Below are positions 9,203 through 17,011 of a DNA stretch of 64,000 bases, piece after piece (the first letter of the stretch is position 1; every line of letters starts with the position of its first letter). Source of the DNA: Nanobdellota archaeon (GTDB taxonomy: Archaea; Nanobdellota; Nanobdellia; Woesearchaeales; GW2011-AR4); the NCBI GenBank assembly GCA_038046385.1, contig JBBSWH010000001.1, positions 64,001 to 128,000 of the forward strand, given 5' to 3'. Below the pieces are notes generated by a model. That model saw only the letters and a program-made list of their open reading frames with translations. It did no database searches and had not been told where the DNA came from. A program made the translations under genes and the position numbers.

Positions 9203-9790
9203 ATGGAAAAGCGCATTGAGAGTTTACTTCTGATGAATGTTCTTCTGACTTTTTCTATGATTGGGTTTATTTTTGTTGTTTTTGGCCTTACGCAGTTTGC
9301 ATTTGCTTTTGAGCTTCTGGTACTGCTCGTTTTCATTTCATTATTTTCATTTGGAATGTACAATGCATACCATGGAAGAAGGGCAGGGTGGGTTCTGATT
9401 GCTGCAATGCTGCTTACAGTGATAGCGGACGTTATTTTCATTGCAGGAGCGTCTTCAACTCTTAGAATCAGCCATGTATCTACTTTGTTTTTTTCAGTGC
9501 TTGCATTGGCTATTGCGCTGATTAATCTGAATGGGAACCATGTTAAAGAAGAAAAAATAGAGCATGTTTCTGGCCCGTACTACAGCAAGTCAAGCGCTAA
9601 AGCAGAGAAAACAGAGCATGCAAAGAAAACATTCGAACCGGGAAAATACGTTGCTTCGAAGAAAGCGAACAAGTACCACACAGCAAAATGCGACTGGGCT
9701 CTTCGAATAAGCAAAGAAAACAGAATATGGTTCGACACCAAAGAAGACGCTGAACTGAAAGGATATGTTAGAGATAAGTGCGTTGAGTAA
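9203..9790 (+). CDS. Membrane protein with C-terminal Ada-like metal-binding domain
   Basis: 4 TM segments; YVASKKANKYH..C..I..ENRIWF..A..GY. Confidence 0.7.
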   Translation: MEKRIESLLLMNVLLTFSMIGFIFVVFGLTQFAFAFELLVLLVFISLFSFGMYNAYHGRRAGWVLIAAMLLTVIADVIFIAGASSTLRISHVSTLFFSVLALAIALINLNGNHVKEEKIEHVSGPYYSKSSAKAEKTEHAKKTFEPGKYVASKKANKYHTAKCDWALRISKENRIWFDTKEDAELKGYVRDKCVE

Positions 9791-9828
9791 GAATTCTAAA
9801 TTAAAATATTAAGAGAAAATTAAAAAAT

Positions 9829-10218
9829 TTATCCTGTAAATAGCCTTAAAACAGAAGCATATTTGCCCATTGTTGCTTCAATTATCTCTTTTAATTGTTT
9901 TTTTGCTGCTTCGTCTTTTGGATCAGCGTGGATTGCTAATGTTGCTTTGCTGAATACACTCCCGGGTGGCGTATACCTTGCGCTGCCACTAACCTCACTA
10001 TGTACATAACCCATTGAAAGTATGTTCCCTTTAGTTTTTGCAGGTATTCCCTTTCCAATAAGTGCCGATTCCAAATCCCCTAAAACCTTATGACCATCAA
10101 AATCTCTGCTAAGAAAACTTTTTGGCTGATATACCATACTTATTTCATATTGGTTAGGTACTCTTTCTTTAGATGATTTTTTTCCAAATGACATAGCTTT
10201 TTGGAAACTTTTCCTCAT
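9829..10218 (-). CDS. Hypothetical protein
   Basis: ORF 129 aa, no recognised motif. Confidence 0.55.
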   Translation of the reverse strand: MRKSFQKAMSFGKKSSKERVPNQYEISMVYQPKSFLSRDFDGHKVLGDLESALIGKGIPAKTKGNILSMGYVHSEVSGSARYTPPGSVFSKATLAIHADPKDEAAKKQLKEIIEATMGKYASVLRLFTG

Positions 10219-10279
10219 ATTTAAACCTTTCGTTTAGTCACTACTTTAGAATAAGAAAACTATTTCTTCCAGAGCAGGA

Positions 10280-10501
10280 TTACTTTAATTTGCGATAAAT
10301 CCAAATTACCGATTCAGATAAAAAAATAGCAACAAATCCGCCCAATGCGCCTATTGCCAGTGAAAACAGCACTAGAGACAAAAAAGGAGGAGGCGGATCT
10401 ACAATGGAGGAATATGACTGACCAATAGCCAATGAAATCAGAAACATTATGCCGCCGCTCCAAAAGAAAATTTTTTTTATATAATTAGGATTTTTGTCCA
10501 T
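10280..10501 (-). CDS. Small membrane protein
   Basis: Two TM segments. Confidence 0.55.
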   Translation of the reverse strand: MDKNPNYIKKIFFWSGGIMFLISLAIGQSYSSIVDPPPPFLSLVLFSLAIGALGGFVAIFLSESVIWIYRKLK

Positions 10502-10592
10502 AACTATACCCTGCTTTTTTAGATATATAAATCTTTGTGAGGAAACGTAATAAAAACTATAGCTTTTAGCTTGTGTTGATTAACCTACTGCA

Positions 10593-11036
10593 TTACTTTT
10601 TCCAGAGCAGAATAACAAGAAGCACAACACTTACGCTTATAGCGCTGTCTGCAACATTGAATACCGGCCAGATTCTGAAATCAAGAAAATCCGTAACGTG
10701 CCCCAAAAACAGCCGGTCAATCAAGTTTCCAACTGCGCCGCCAAGAAGAAGGCCGACTGCAAACTGCATTGGCTTTTCATCGTTTTTTATCTTTTTGACG
10801 GAATAGACAATGCCGAAAATCACTGCAAAAAAGATTATTATGAAAACAGCGTTCATTCCCTGAAACAAGCTGAACGCAGAGCCGGTGTTTGTTACATAAG
10901 TTATGTGGAAAATGTTTTTTATGACTGGAAGCGATTCATTAAGGCTGAAGTTTTTTCTTATAATCCATTTGGTTAACTGATCAAGAAACACAACAATAGC
11001 TGCAACAGAAAAAACAAATATATTTTTTTTATTCAT
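10593..11036 (-). CDS. lspA: Signal peptidase II (lipoprotein signal peptidase)
   Basis: DQLTK, NTGSAFS, GAVGNLIDR, VTDF, FNVAD. Confidence 0.92.
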   Translation of the reverse strand: MNKKNIFVFSVAAIVVFLDQLTKWIIRKNFSLNESLPVIKNIFHITYVTNTGSAFSLFQGMNAVFIIIFFAVIFGIVYSVKKIKNDEKPMQFAVGLLLGGAVGNLIDRLFLGHVTDFLDFRIWPVFNVADSAISVSVVLLVILLWKK

Positions 11037-11089
11037 TAAACCAAAATTAAGAACTTATGTATAAAAATGTTTTTAATCAAAAGAACTCG

Positions 11090-11197
11090 TTTTGCCATCG
11101 TTCGCATGTAATGTTTTAGATTATTACAAAAATTCCTCATGGAACCTCCTTTTTGTTAAAATATTTTATAGAAAATGCTCACAATTTGATGGCAAAA
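11090..11197 (+). repeat. Hairpin/MITE-like element copy E1
   Basis: TIR TTTTGCCATC/GATGGCAAAA; homologous to 16841-17006 and reverse complement of 27030-27194. Confidence 0.8.
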
Positions 11198-11593
11198 TCA
11201 ATAATACCTTCTTCTTCTGCCGGAGTCTTCCTGTTCTCCCCTTGCAATTCCTTCAAGGTTCACAAGCCTTTGGTTGATTGCATCAAGGGAAGCCTTGACA
11301 GCGTCAAGCTTGCTTGATATCACTTCAAGATTTTTTGAGTTTATGTAATTGTCATTGCTTGGCATTGAAGGCTGGAAAGACGGCTGCGATGGGAAATTCT
11401 GCGAAGGCTGGAATGAAGGATACTTCTGAAAAGGCTGCTGTGTCTGCGGCATTTCAAGCCCCATTCCCAGGTCAGGAGAAGGCCCTTGGCTGTTCATGTC
11501 CAATCCCAAATCCTTGTCAAGCCCGAGGTCTTTGCCTATGTCAGAGAAATCATCTTTTTTCTTCCAAAATGCAAGCTTGCTGAAAACGCCCAT
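11198..11593 (-). CDS. Hypothetical protein, low-complexity P/Q/S middle, C-terminal coiled coil
   Basis: GAGGTG SD; LEVISSKLDAVKASLDAINQRL. Confidence 0.75.
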   Translation of the reverse strand: MGVFSKLAFWKKKDDFSDIGKDLGLDKDLGLDMNSQGPSPDLGMGLEMPQTQQPFQKYPSFQPSQNFPSQPSFQPSMPSNDNYINSKNLEVISSKLDAVKASLDAINQRLVNLEGIARGEQEDSGRRRRYY

Positions 11594-11648
11594 CTATACA
11601 CCTCTTTTTTAAACTTTATTGACTGAAGCAATATATAAACATTGTGGA

Positions 11649-11807
11649 TTATATTCCTCTAATGAACAGGTAAAGCAGCGCAAGCGCCAAGGCGACGAAG
11701 CTGACAAAAAGTATTGTGTGGAAGAATTTCTTGAACATTTCGTGCAGTATAAACATAAGGACAAGGTACCCGAGCACAACTCCAACAACAATTGAGATTA
11801 TATCCAT
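11649..11807 (-). CDS. Small membrane protein, 52 aa (not in ORF track)
   Basis: MDIISIVVGVVLGYLVLMFILHEMFKKFFHTILFVSFVALALALLYLFIRGI*; GAGG upstream. Confidence 0.7.
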   Translation of the reverse strand: MDIISIVVGVVLGYLVLMFILHEMFKKFFHTILFVSFVALALALLYLFIRGI

Positions 11808-11907
11808 TTTGCCTCTGAGTATTCGAAGAGGTTTGTTGGACTATGTCCAATTTTAACTCTTTTTTAATTAATTAAGGTACACTTGAAGAACTGATTAAAT
11901 AACTTTT

Positions 11908-12912
11908 CTATTCTTTCTTATCATTTGCAGGTTTTGATACTGCCCAGTCTATGCTCTCAAGCGGCGTTTCATATCTTTCTCTTTCAAGAGCAAGCTTATG
12001 CCCGACTTCCTGCACAAGCGACCAAAGCATTATCTCCTGCTCTGCCTTGTTTAACTTTCTTAATTTGTGCTTTGCATCTACGCTCTCATCGCGCACAGCC
12101 ACATTTGACAGCATAGACCTGTAAAATTCAATCATTAAATCTGTAGGCATGGCAAAAGGAGACATAATCCTTGAAGTTTCGTTTCCTGGCTGAATCATAA
12201 ATTTGAAGTATGCGGCTATTTCCGGTGCAAATAAATAAATTGCTTTTGCTCCCCCCATCTGCCTTTCTCCAAACCCAAATGCCCAGTCACTTGCAGGGAT
12301 GCTTATTGTCGTGTTAAATCCGTTGGCTATTGCGTAATTGTTCACGCTGTCTGGGTTTGTGGCAACAGATCGCATCTGGAATCTGTAATCTTTGACCTTT
12401 TTTGTTCTGGAAGGGACACTGACAGAAACTATCGAGCCGGATTCAGAAGCAGCATTACCGCTGTAAATTTTCCCTATCTTTATATCCTCTCCTGTTTGCA
12501 TTCCATAAGACACTAGCCTCATCGCTTCGCACAGCTCAACAAGCCTTACGACTCTTTGCCTTCTATCCTCATTTCCAGCAAATGGCGCAAAAGCGTAGCC
12601 TGAATTGTACGGGTGATACACTTCTGAAAAAGCAGCTTCTCTTGCAAGAGCAGGAGTCATTGCGTTCTCAACAGCGTCTTCAAGAGAATCAGGAGATTTT
12701 ACTTCTATTGGCTGGGCGTTCATAAGGAACCTTTTAGAGTCCCTAAAAGAATCAGGAAGAATTTTGCTGTTAAGCACAATGCATTCTCCTTCGTCAAGGC
12801 TTAATACTCTTCCAGCAACCCCCCTGTTTGTTTCAACATAAACAGGAGCGCTTCCTTTTAAAATTCCTGCAACACTCGGATCCTTAAAATAATTTTTTTT
12901 AGCGCTGCCCAT
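11908..12912 (-). CDS. Hypothetical protein
   Basis: Long ORF overlapping upstream gene stop; no certain family. Confidence 0.75.
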   Translation of the reverse strand: MGSAKKNYFKDPSVAGILKGSAPVYVETNRGVAGRVLSLDEGECIVLNSKILPDSFRDSKRFLMNAQPIEVKSPDSLEDAVENAMTPALAREAAFSEVYHPYNSGYAFAPFAGNEDRRQRVVRLVELCEAMRLVSYGMQTGEDIKIGKIYSGNAASESGSIVSVSVPSRTKKVKDYRFQMRSVATNPDSVNNYAIANGFNTTISIPASDWAFGFGERQMGGAKAIYLFAPEIAAYFKFMIQPGNETSRIMSPFAMPTDLMIEFYRSMLSNVAVRDESVDAKHKLRKLNKAEQEIMLWSLVQEVGHKLALERERYETPLESIDWAVSKPANDKKE

Positions 12913-13678
12913 TTTTAGAAGTCTTTGCCCCGTACACATTTAAAAATATAGTCCTTATCCTTCCGATATAATTATTTACTGCCCTAAGATACCTTAATTC
13001 AATGTTTTCGCCTATTCCCACCTTCACATTGTCTTTTATCCTGCTGGAATTAAGTGAAATTGCCCATAATAGATCGTATATTTCTCTTGGCTCCACTTTT
13101 GAAAGCCTTTCCCTTAAAGGCACTATTGGGTTGTCTTTTCTTCTCACAAGCCCAAGGTAATAACTTTTGGAAGTTGTTTCTTCAATCATATTTGCAACAA
13201 CTTCCACAGGTCGGCCCTCTGAAAGCTTTGCATAGCGCTCTGTTTCTTTTTTTCTGTGAGTTGATTTGTAGTTATGGCTTGCTATGTAAAGCGCAAGAAT
13301 CTCTGATGGCTTAAGCGCAAGAAGAACACTGTGCGGAATGCCTCCTATGTTTTTTGGATGACCCGTCATGTCCACTTCCATTTCAGTAACTCCTGCATAG
13401 AGCCTTTTAAGGTTCCCATAGCCGCCGTAATGAGATTCAAAACTGGAGCCATCTTCCCTAAAACTGACTTTTGCGCGGAAAGATTTCAATATCTCCCCGT
13501 CTATTCCGTAGCTTCCAAATTTTGAAACAGCAGGAACAACACCAGCAACTTTTTTTTCAAGAGAATCACTTGTTGGTTTCGCATCTGCATCTTCTGCCAA
13601 TAAACTCAATTGAGCCTTGCTGTTGAGAGTTCTAACTCCTTTATGTCCTGCTAATCTTCTATGAATTACCCTTGCCAC
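12899..13678 (-). CDS. Hypothetical protein
   Basis: 259-aa ORF, TATA-like TTTATAAA upstream. Confidence 0.7.
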   Translation of the reverse strand: MARVIHRRLAGHKGVRTLNSKAQLSLLAEDADAKPTSDSLEKKVAGVVPAVSKFGSYGIDGEILKSFRAKVSFREDGSSFESHYGGYGNLKRLYAGVTEMEVDMTGHPKNIGGIPHSVLLALKPSEILALYIASHNYKSTHRKKETERYAKLSEGRPVEVVANMIEETTSKSYYLGLVRRKDNPIVPLRERLSKVEPREIYDLLWAISLNSSRIKDNVKVGIGENIELRYLRAVNNYIGRIRTIFLNVYGAKTSKNGQR

Positions 13679-13810
13679 AACGCTTTATTTACAGAATCTC
13701 TTTATAAACTTTTCTCATTTTACAACTAAGAAGTAACAAAATTATAATTCCTAATAAATTTTATAGATTGATAGGTTCAATCATCTACCTAAATAAAAAA
13801 ACCGAAGAAC

Positions 13811-14191
13811 TTAAGCAATCAAAACAGCGTTAACAATTCCATCCTGGCCCGGCCTTGATGTGATCTTTGCCTTTCCAAGCTCTGTGTCAATAACAGATCC
13901 CTTTGTCATTATATTCCTTCTTATGAAGTGCCTGTTAGCCGGATTGTCGGTGATTGTCTTTATTTTAACTTGTTTGTATGATTTTGTCTTTGGATTGTAA
14001 AGGTTTGCAGTGTCTGTGCTAAGCAATCTTAATTTTCTGTTGTCGCCCATTACTCTGATAGTCTGGACTCTTGCCTTGCCAAGCTTTGTGAACGACGGCT
14101 CACGCCCAAGCTCATATTGTTTTTTCTTCCTAAAATCCTTATACCTTGCGCCTGTCTGTTTTCTCTTCGGTCTTGCTTGTGATAATGCCAT
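13811..14191 (-). CDS. rps8e: 30S ribosomal protein S8e
   Basis: RKKKQYELGREP, RRNIMTKGSVI, TSRPGQDG. Confidence 0.96.
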   Translation of the reverse strand: MALSQARPKRKQTGARYKDFRKKKQYELGREPSFTKLGKARVQTIRVMGDNRKLRLLSTDTANLYNPKTKSYKQVKIKTITDNPANRHFIRRNIMTKGSVIDTELGKAKITSRPGQDGIVNAVLIA

Positions 14192-14286
14192 AACTTTTGG
14201 AAATTTTCTTGATTTATAAGGGTTTCTGTTTAAATACTGATTAGACAACAGATAATCTTTTATTCAAGGAAAGGTATGCTAATTGG

Positions 14287-14706
14287 ATGCAGCCGTTTGA
14301 AATAATAATTTTTGGAATGCTTTTGTTGGTGGTTTTGTATATTGGATATTTAATCGGAAAATTTGTTGCAAAAAGCAAAATACCGGAGATCAGAGAAACT
14401 GCGATAAAGCATTCGAGAGCAGTTCTTGCAGGCCAGTTCAGCGAGCAGATGTCGCCTTACCTTCCCGGATTCGGGCACAAGCCGACAGAGGCAAGATTCA
14501 TCGGCAAGCCGATTGATTTCATAGTCTTCAAGGGGATGGACGAGAAGAAAATTGAAGACGTAATCTTTGTTGAAGTCAAGAGCGGACAAAACAAACTTTC
14601 AGAAGTGCAGAAAAGCCTGAAATCAGCAATTGAACAGAAAAAAGTCTCGTGGCACGAATATAAAGTGCCGGAAAATGTTACGAACAGCGATGGGAAACAT
14701 TTATAA
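14287..14706 (+). CDS. Holliday junction resolvase-like endonuclease (Endonuc_Holl)
   Basis: SRAVLAGQFSEQ..PY, FIGKPIDFIVF, FVEVKSG. Confidence 0.88.
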   Translation: MQPFEIIIFGMLLLVVLYIGYLIGKFVAKSKIPEIRETAIKHSRAVLAGQFSEQMSPYLPGFGHKPTEARFIGKPIDFIVFKGMDEKKIEDVIFVEVKSGQNKLSEVQKSLKSAIEQKKVSWHEYKVPENVTNSDGKHL

Positions 14707-14733
14707 ACAATACCAGTTTTCATTTTCAATAAA

Positions 14734-15024
14734 ATGATGGAACAAGCAAGACCGTTGGACGCATTGAACAAGGCAAGGGACAAGAGAGTAATCCTTGAGC
14801 TGAAGAACAACAAGCAGTACATCGGGAAATTAAAGTCATTTGACATTCACGTTAACGTTGTGATTGAAGATGTTGAAGAGTACGAAATAAAATTCAAAAA
14901 AATATCTAAAAAAATCGATGAAAACACAACTGAAGAGTTTACAACAACAGAAACATTGCTAAGGAGAAAGCTTGGCTCAGTTTTTATAAGGGGAGACACA
15001 ATAACAGTTATTTCAACAGAATAA
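14734..15024 (+). CDS. Sm-like archaeal protein (LSm/SmAP)
   Basis: RPLDAL, GKLKSFDIHVNVV, VFIRGD; upstream of rpl37e as usual in archaea. Confidence 0.92.
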   Translation: MMEQARPLDALNKARDKRVILELKNNKQYIGKLKSFDIHVNVVIEDVEEYEIKFKKISKKIDENTTEEFTTTETLLRRKLGSVFIRGDTITVISTE

Positions 15025-15040
15025 AATTTCTAGGTGCTTA

Positions 15041-15152
15041 AATGAAAGGAACGCATTCAACTTTTTGCAAAAAACTTGACCAAAAGCATGAAAGTGCTAT
15101 ATTTGCTTCGCAAAATAGCACGAGAGGGCTACAATGAAAGGAACGCATTCAA
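15041..15152 (+). repeat. 20-bp direct repeat AATGAAAGGAACGCATTCAA flanking a 72-bp two-hairpin insert at the rpl37e start
   Basis: Exact copies at 15041-15060 and 15133-15152. Confidence 0.9.
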
Positions 15153-15313
15153 TGGGGAAGAAGTCCGGCAGCAAGAACATGATATACTGCAGGCGCTGCG
15201 GGAAAAGAACTTTCAACCTTGGGGCAAAATGGAGATGCGCTTCATGCGGATTCGGCATGAGCAAGAAGCTTCGCGGTTACAAATGGCAGAAGAAGCCAAA
15301 GAAGATTTCTTAG
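15134..15313 (+). CDS. rpl37e: 50S ribosomal protein L37e (59 aa, not in ORF track)
   Basis: MKGTHSMGKK..CRRCG..CASCGFG..LRGYKW. Confidence 0.95.
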   Translation: MKGTHSMGKKSGSKNMIYCRRCGKRTFNLGAKWRCASCGFGMSKKLRGYKWQKKPKKIS

Positions 15314-15367
15314 AAAGTTTTCAGCAACCTTTTTAAAGCAAGTTTATATCTTATTTTTTACATTCAT

Positions 15368-15499
15368 GCGGAGGTGCCGGAGTGGCCAAACGGGATAGGC
15401 TTAGGCGAGGCATCTTTTTGGTGTAAAGAGCCGAAAGGCAATGACTTTGAGACACCTATTAGCTTAGTGCTTACGCAGGTTCGAATCCTGTCCTCCGCA
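15368..15499 (+). tRNA. tRNA-Leu(TAG) with 48-nt intron at 37/38 (15406-15453)
   Basis: GCGGAGG/CCTCCGC acceptor, ATAGG/CCTAT anticodon stem, long variable arm, A73, BHB (CUUA/UGAG). Confidence 0.93.
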
Positions 15500-15675
15500 T
15501 TCATTTTCATTAGTGGATTCACAATCCACGACTGCGTAGCATGGTTTCTTTGGTCAAGCTTTCTTTTTATAAAGAAAGGTTGGTGGGAACCCTTACTCCG
15601 CATTCATTTTCAAATGCATAAATTTTATAAATAACCATATTTTCACAAACAAAATATGGAGAAGGGTGCAACAAA

Positions 15676-15894
15676 ATGGCAAGAGAAAAAGTAAAAAAAC
15701 TAAGCGTAAAGAAAGAGAGATATCTTAAATTCAGGAAGGAAAAGCCTCCGATGACCTTCACAGTGCCTGATCTTACAGAACAGCAGGTTGCAGAAAGAAG
15801 GGTAGATGAGCAGCACATCGGACAGTTTTGGAAAGGCTACAGAAGGCCGCCTGAAAGGTTCGTAAGCGAAAGAAAAGCAAAAAGCAAGCGATAA
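15676..15894 (+). CDS. Small basic hypothetical protein
   Basis: GGGTG SD, ATG start. Confidence 0.65.
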   Translation: MAREKVKKLSVKKERYLKFRKEKPPMTFTVPDLTEQQVAERRVDEQHIGQFWKGYRRPPERFVSERKAKSKR

Positions 15895-16006
15895 ACCTCA
15901 TTTTTCTGTTATTTTTTTCTATTCCAGTATACTGATAACTATACCAATAATACAAAACTTTTTAAATCATTTTTGATTTTAAAATCATACGTGGGGGTGT
16001 TTATAC

Positions 16007-16135
16007 TTGCAGTTCTCTAACAGTGAGAAGGAAGACTTCATAACTTTAGAGAACGGAATATTCACCCATAAGCAGATAGAAAGAAAGGGAAACATAGTTT
16101 ATATGCGAATGAAGAAGAGGGTGCTTAAAAAATGA
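16007..16135 (+). CDS. Possible 42-aa peptide
   Basis: GGGGTG SD, TTG start, ATGA overlap with next gene. Confidence 0.4.
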   Translation: MQFSNSEKEDFITLENGIFTHKQIERKGNIVYMRMKKRVLKK

Positions 16136-16299
16136 GCGAGAAAAACAAAAAAATTCTGCTGTTTATTGCCGTCGTTATAATTGTTGCAGTTCTGATTAAT
16201 TTTGTTTTTAGGGTTTTGAGCAGCCTTTCATGGATTGTGATAATAATTGCAGCAGCCATAGTATATATGAACTGGTCCAAAATAAAGAAAATGTTTTAG
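16132..16299 (+). CDS. Small membrane protein, 55 aa (paralog 1; not in ORF track)
   Basis: MSEKNKKILLFIAVVIIVAVLINFVFRVLSSLSWIVIIIAAAIVYMNWSKIKKMF*. Confidence 0.7.
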   Translation: MSEKNKKILLFIAVVIIVAVLINFVFRVLSSLSWIVIIIAAAIVYMNWSKIKKMF

Positions 16300-16301
16300 A
16301 T

Positions 16302-16469
16302 ATGGGCAACAAAAATTTCCTCAAATTCTTTGTTTTTTTTATTATTGCAGTTTTGATTTTAAATCTTATTTTATTTGCTATGAAAAAAGTCAATGAGCTT
16401 TTGTTCTGGGTGATTATTATAATTGCAGCAGTGTTTGCATATAAGATACTGCCTAAGATGAGAAATTAA
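16302..16469 (+). CDS. Small membrane protein, 55 aa (paralog 2)
   Basis: MGNKNFLKFF..WVIIIIAAVFAYKILPKMRN*. Confidence 0.7.
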   Translation: MGNKNFLKFFVFFIIAVLILNLILFAMKKVNELLFWVIIIIAAVFAYKILPKMRN

Positions 16470-16485
16470 TACTTAAATAAAAAAA

Positions 16486-16539
16486 TGTCAGAAATCAAAA
16501 GATTTCTGAGCATGCTCGTAAATCTTTTGATTTACGACA
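16486..16539. repeat. Double-hairpin/palindrome between convergent genes (possible bidirectional terminator or REP-like unit)
   Basis: TCAGAAATC-AAAA-GATTTCTGA and TCGTAAATC-TTTT-GATTTACGA around GCATGC. Confidence 0.75.
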
Positions 16540-16544
16540 GGCAA

Positions 16545-16691
16545 TTAAGCCTTTCCAAGAATCCTGAAAACCTTTGTGCTGCATACACCGCATGTGCCTT
16601 TCATTGCCTTCATGCCGTTCTTCATTATGACTTCTTTTCCTTCTTTGATTTCGACTTCTTTCCTGCACTTCATGCATCTTCCTCTTGCCAT
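16545..16691 (-). CDS. DUF5679-like small Zn-ribbon protein (48 aa, not in ORF track)
   Basis: MARGRCMKCRKEVEIK..MKNG..AMKGTCGVCSTKVFRI; GAGGTGA SD. Confidence 0.85.
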   Translation of the reverse strand: MARGRCMKCRKEVEIKEGKEVIMKNGMKAMKGTCGVCSTKVFRILGKA

Positions 16692-16840
16692 TTGATTCAC
16701 CTCGAGTTCTAATATAATATAGGATTTTAAGCCTATGAGTAAATCATATAAGATGTTATATATAAAGATTTGGGTTTTTTACTCATAAACTGCCCTAGTT
16801 TGCTACTATTAAGAAATTATTCTACAATCTCAAGAGTGGG

Positions 16841-17006
16841 GGTTGCCATCGGTTCGCATGTAATGCTTAGGCGATAAAGCGTCCGTTCCCCGTAAGGGAC
16901 TCAACTTGAGCATAGCTCAAGTGAGCAATTGAAGCTTTGCTTCAATTCGCTTCCCCCTTGTCCGCTAGCTGTAGATTTAAAAAAAGCTCACAAATTGATG
17001 GCAACC
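16841..17006 (+). repeat. Hairpin/MITE-like element copy E2 with nested double hairpin (16901-16950)
   Basis: TIR GGTTGCCATC/GATGGCAACC; GTTCGCATGTAATG and GCTCACAA shared with E1; CCCCGTAAGGGAC..TTCCCCC shared with E5. Confidence 0.8.
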
Positions 17007-17011
17007 ACAAA

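Noticed and set aside
11659-11850. Cys-rich 63-aa ORF as a possible RiPP precursor
   Set aside because: Alternative frame of a more plausible 52-aa membrane protein gene (11649-11807)
15076-15336. 86-aa ORF in the track
   Set aside because: Shadow frame over rpl37e and the insert
15364-15634. ORFs over 15364-15634
   Set aside because: Overlap tRNA-Leu
16495-16677. 60-aa minus-strand ORF
   Set aside because: Wrong frame of the DUF5679-like gene
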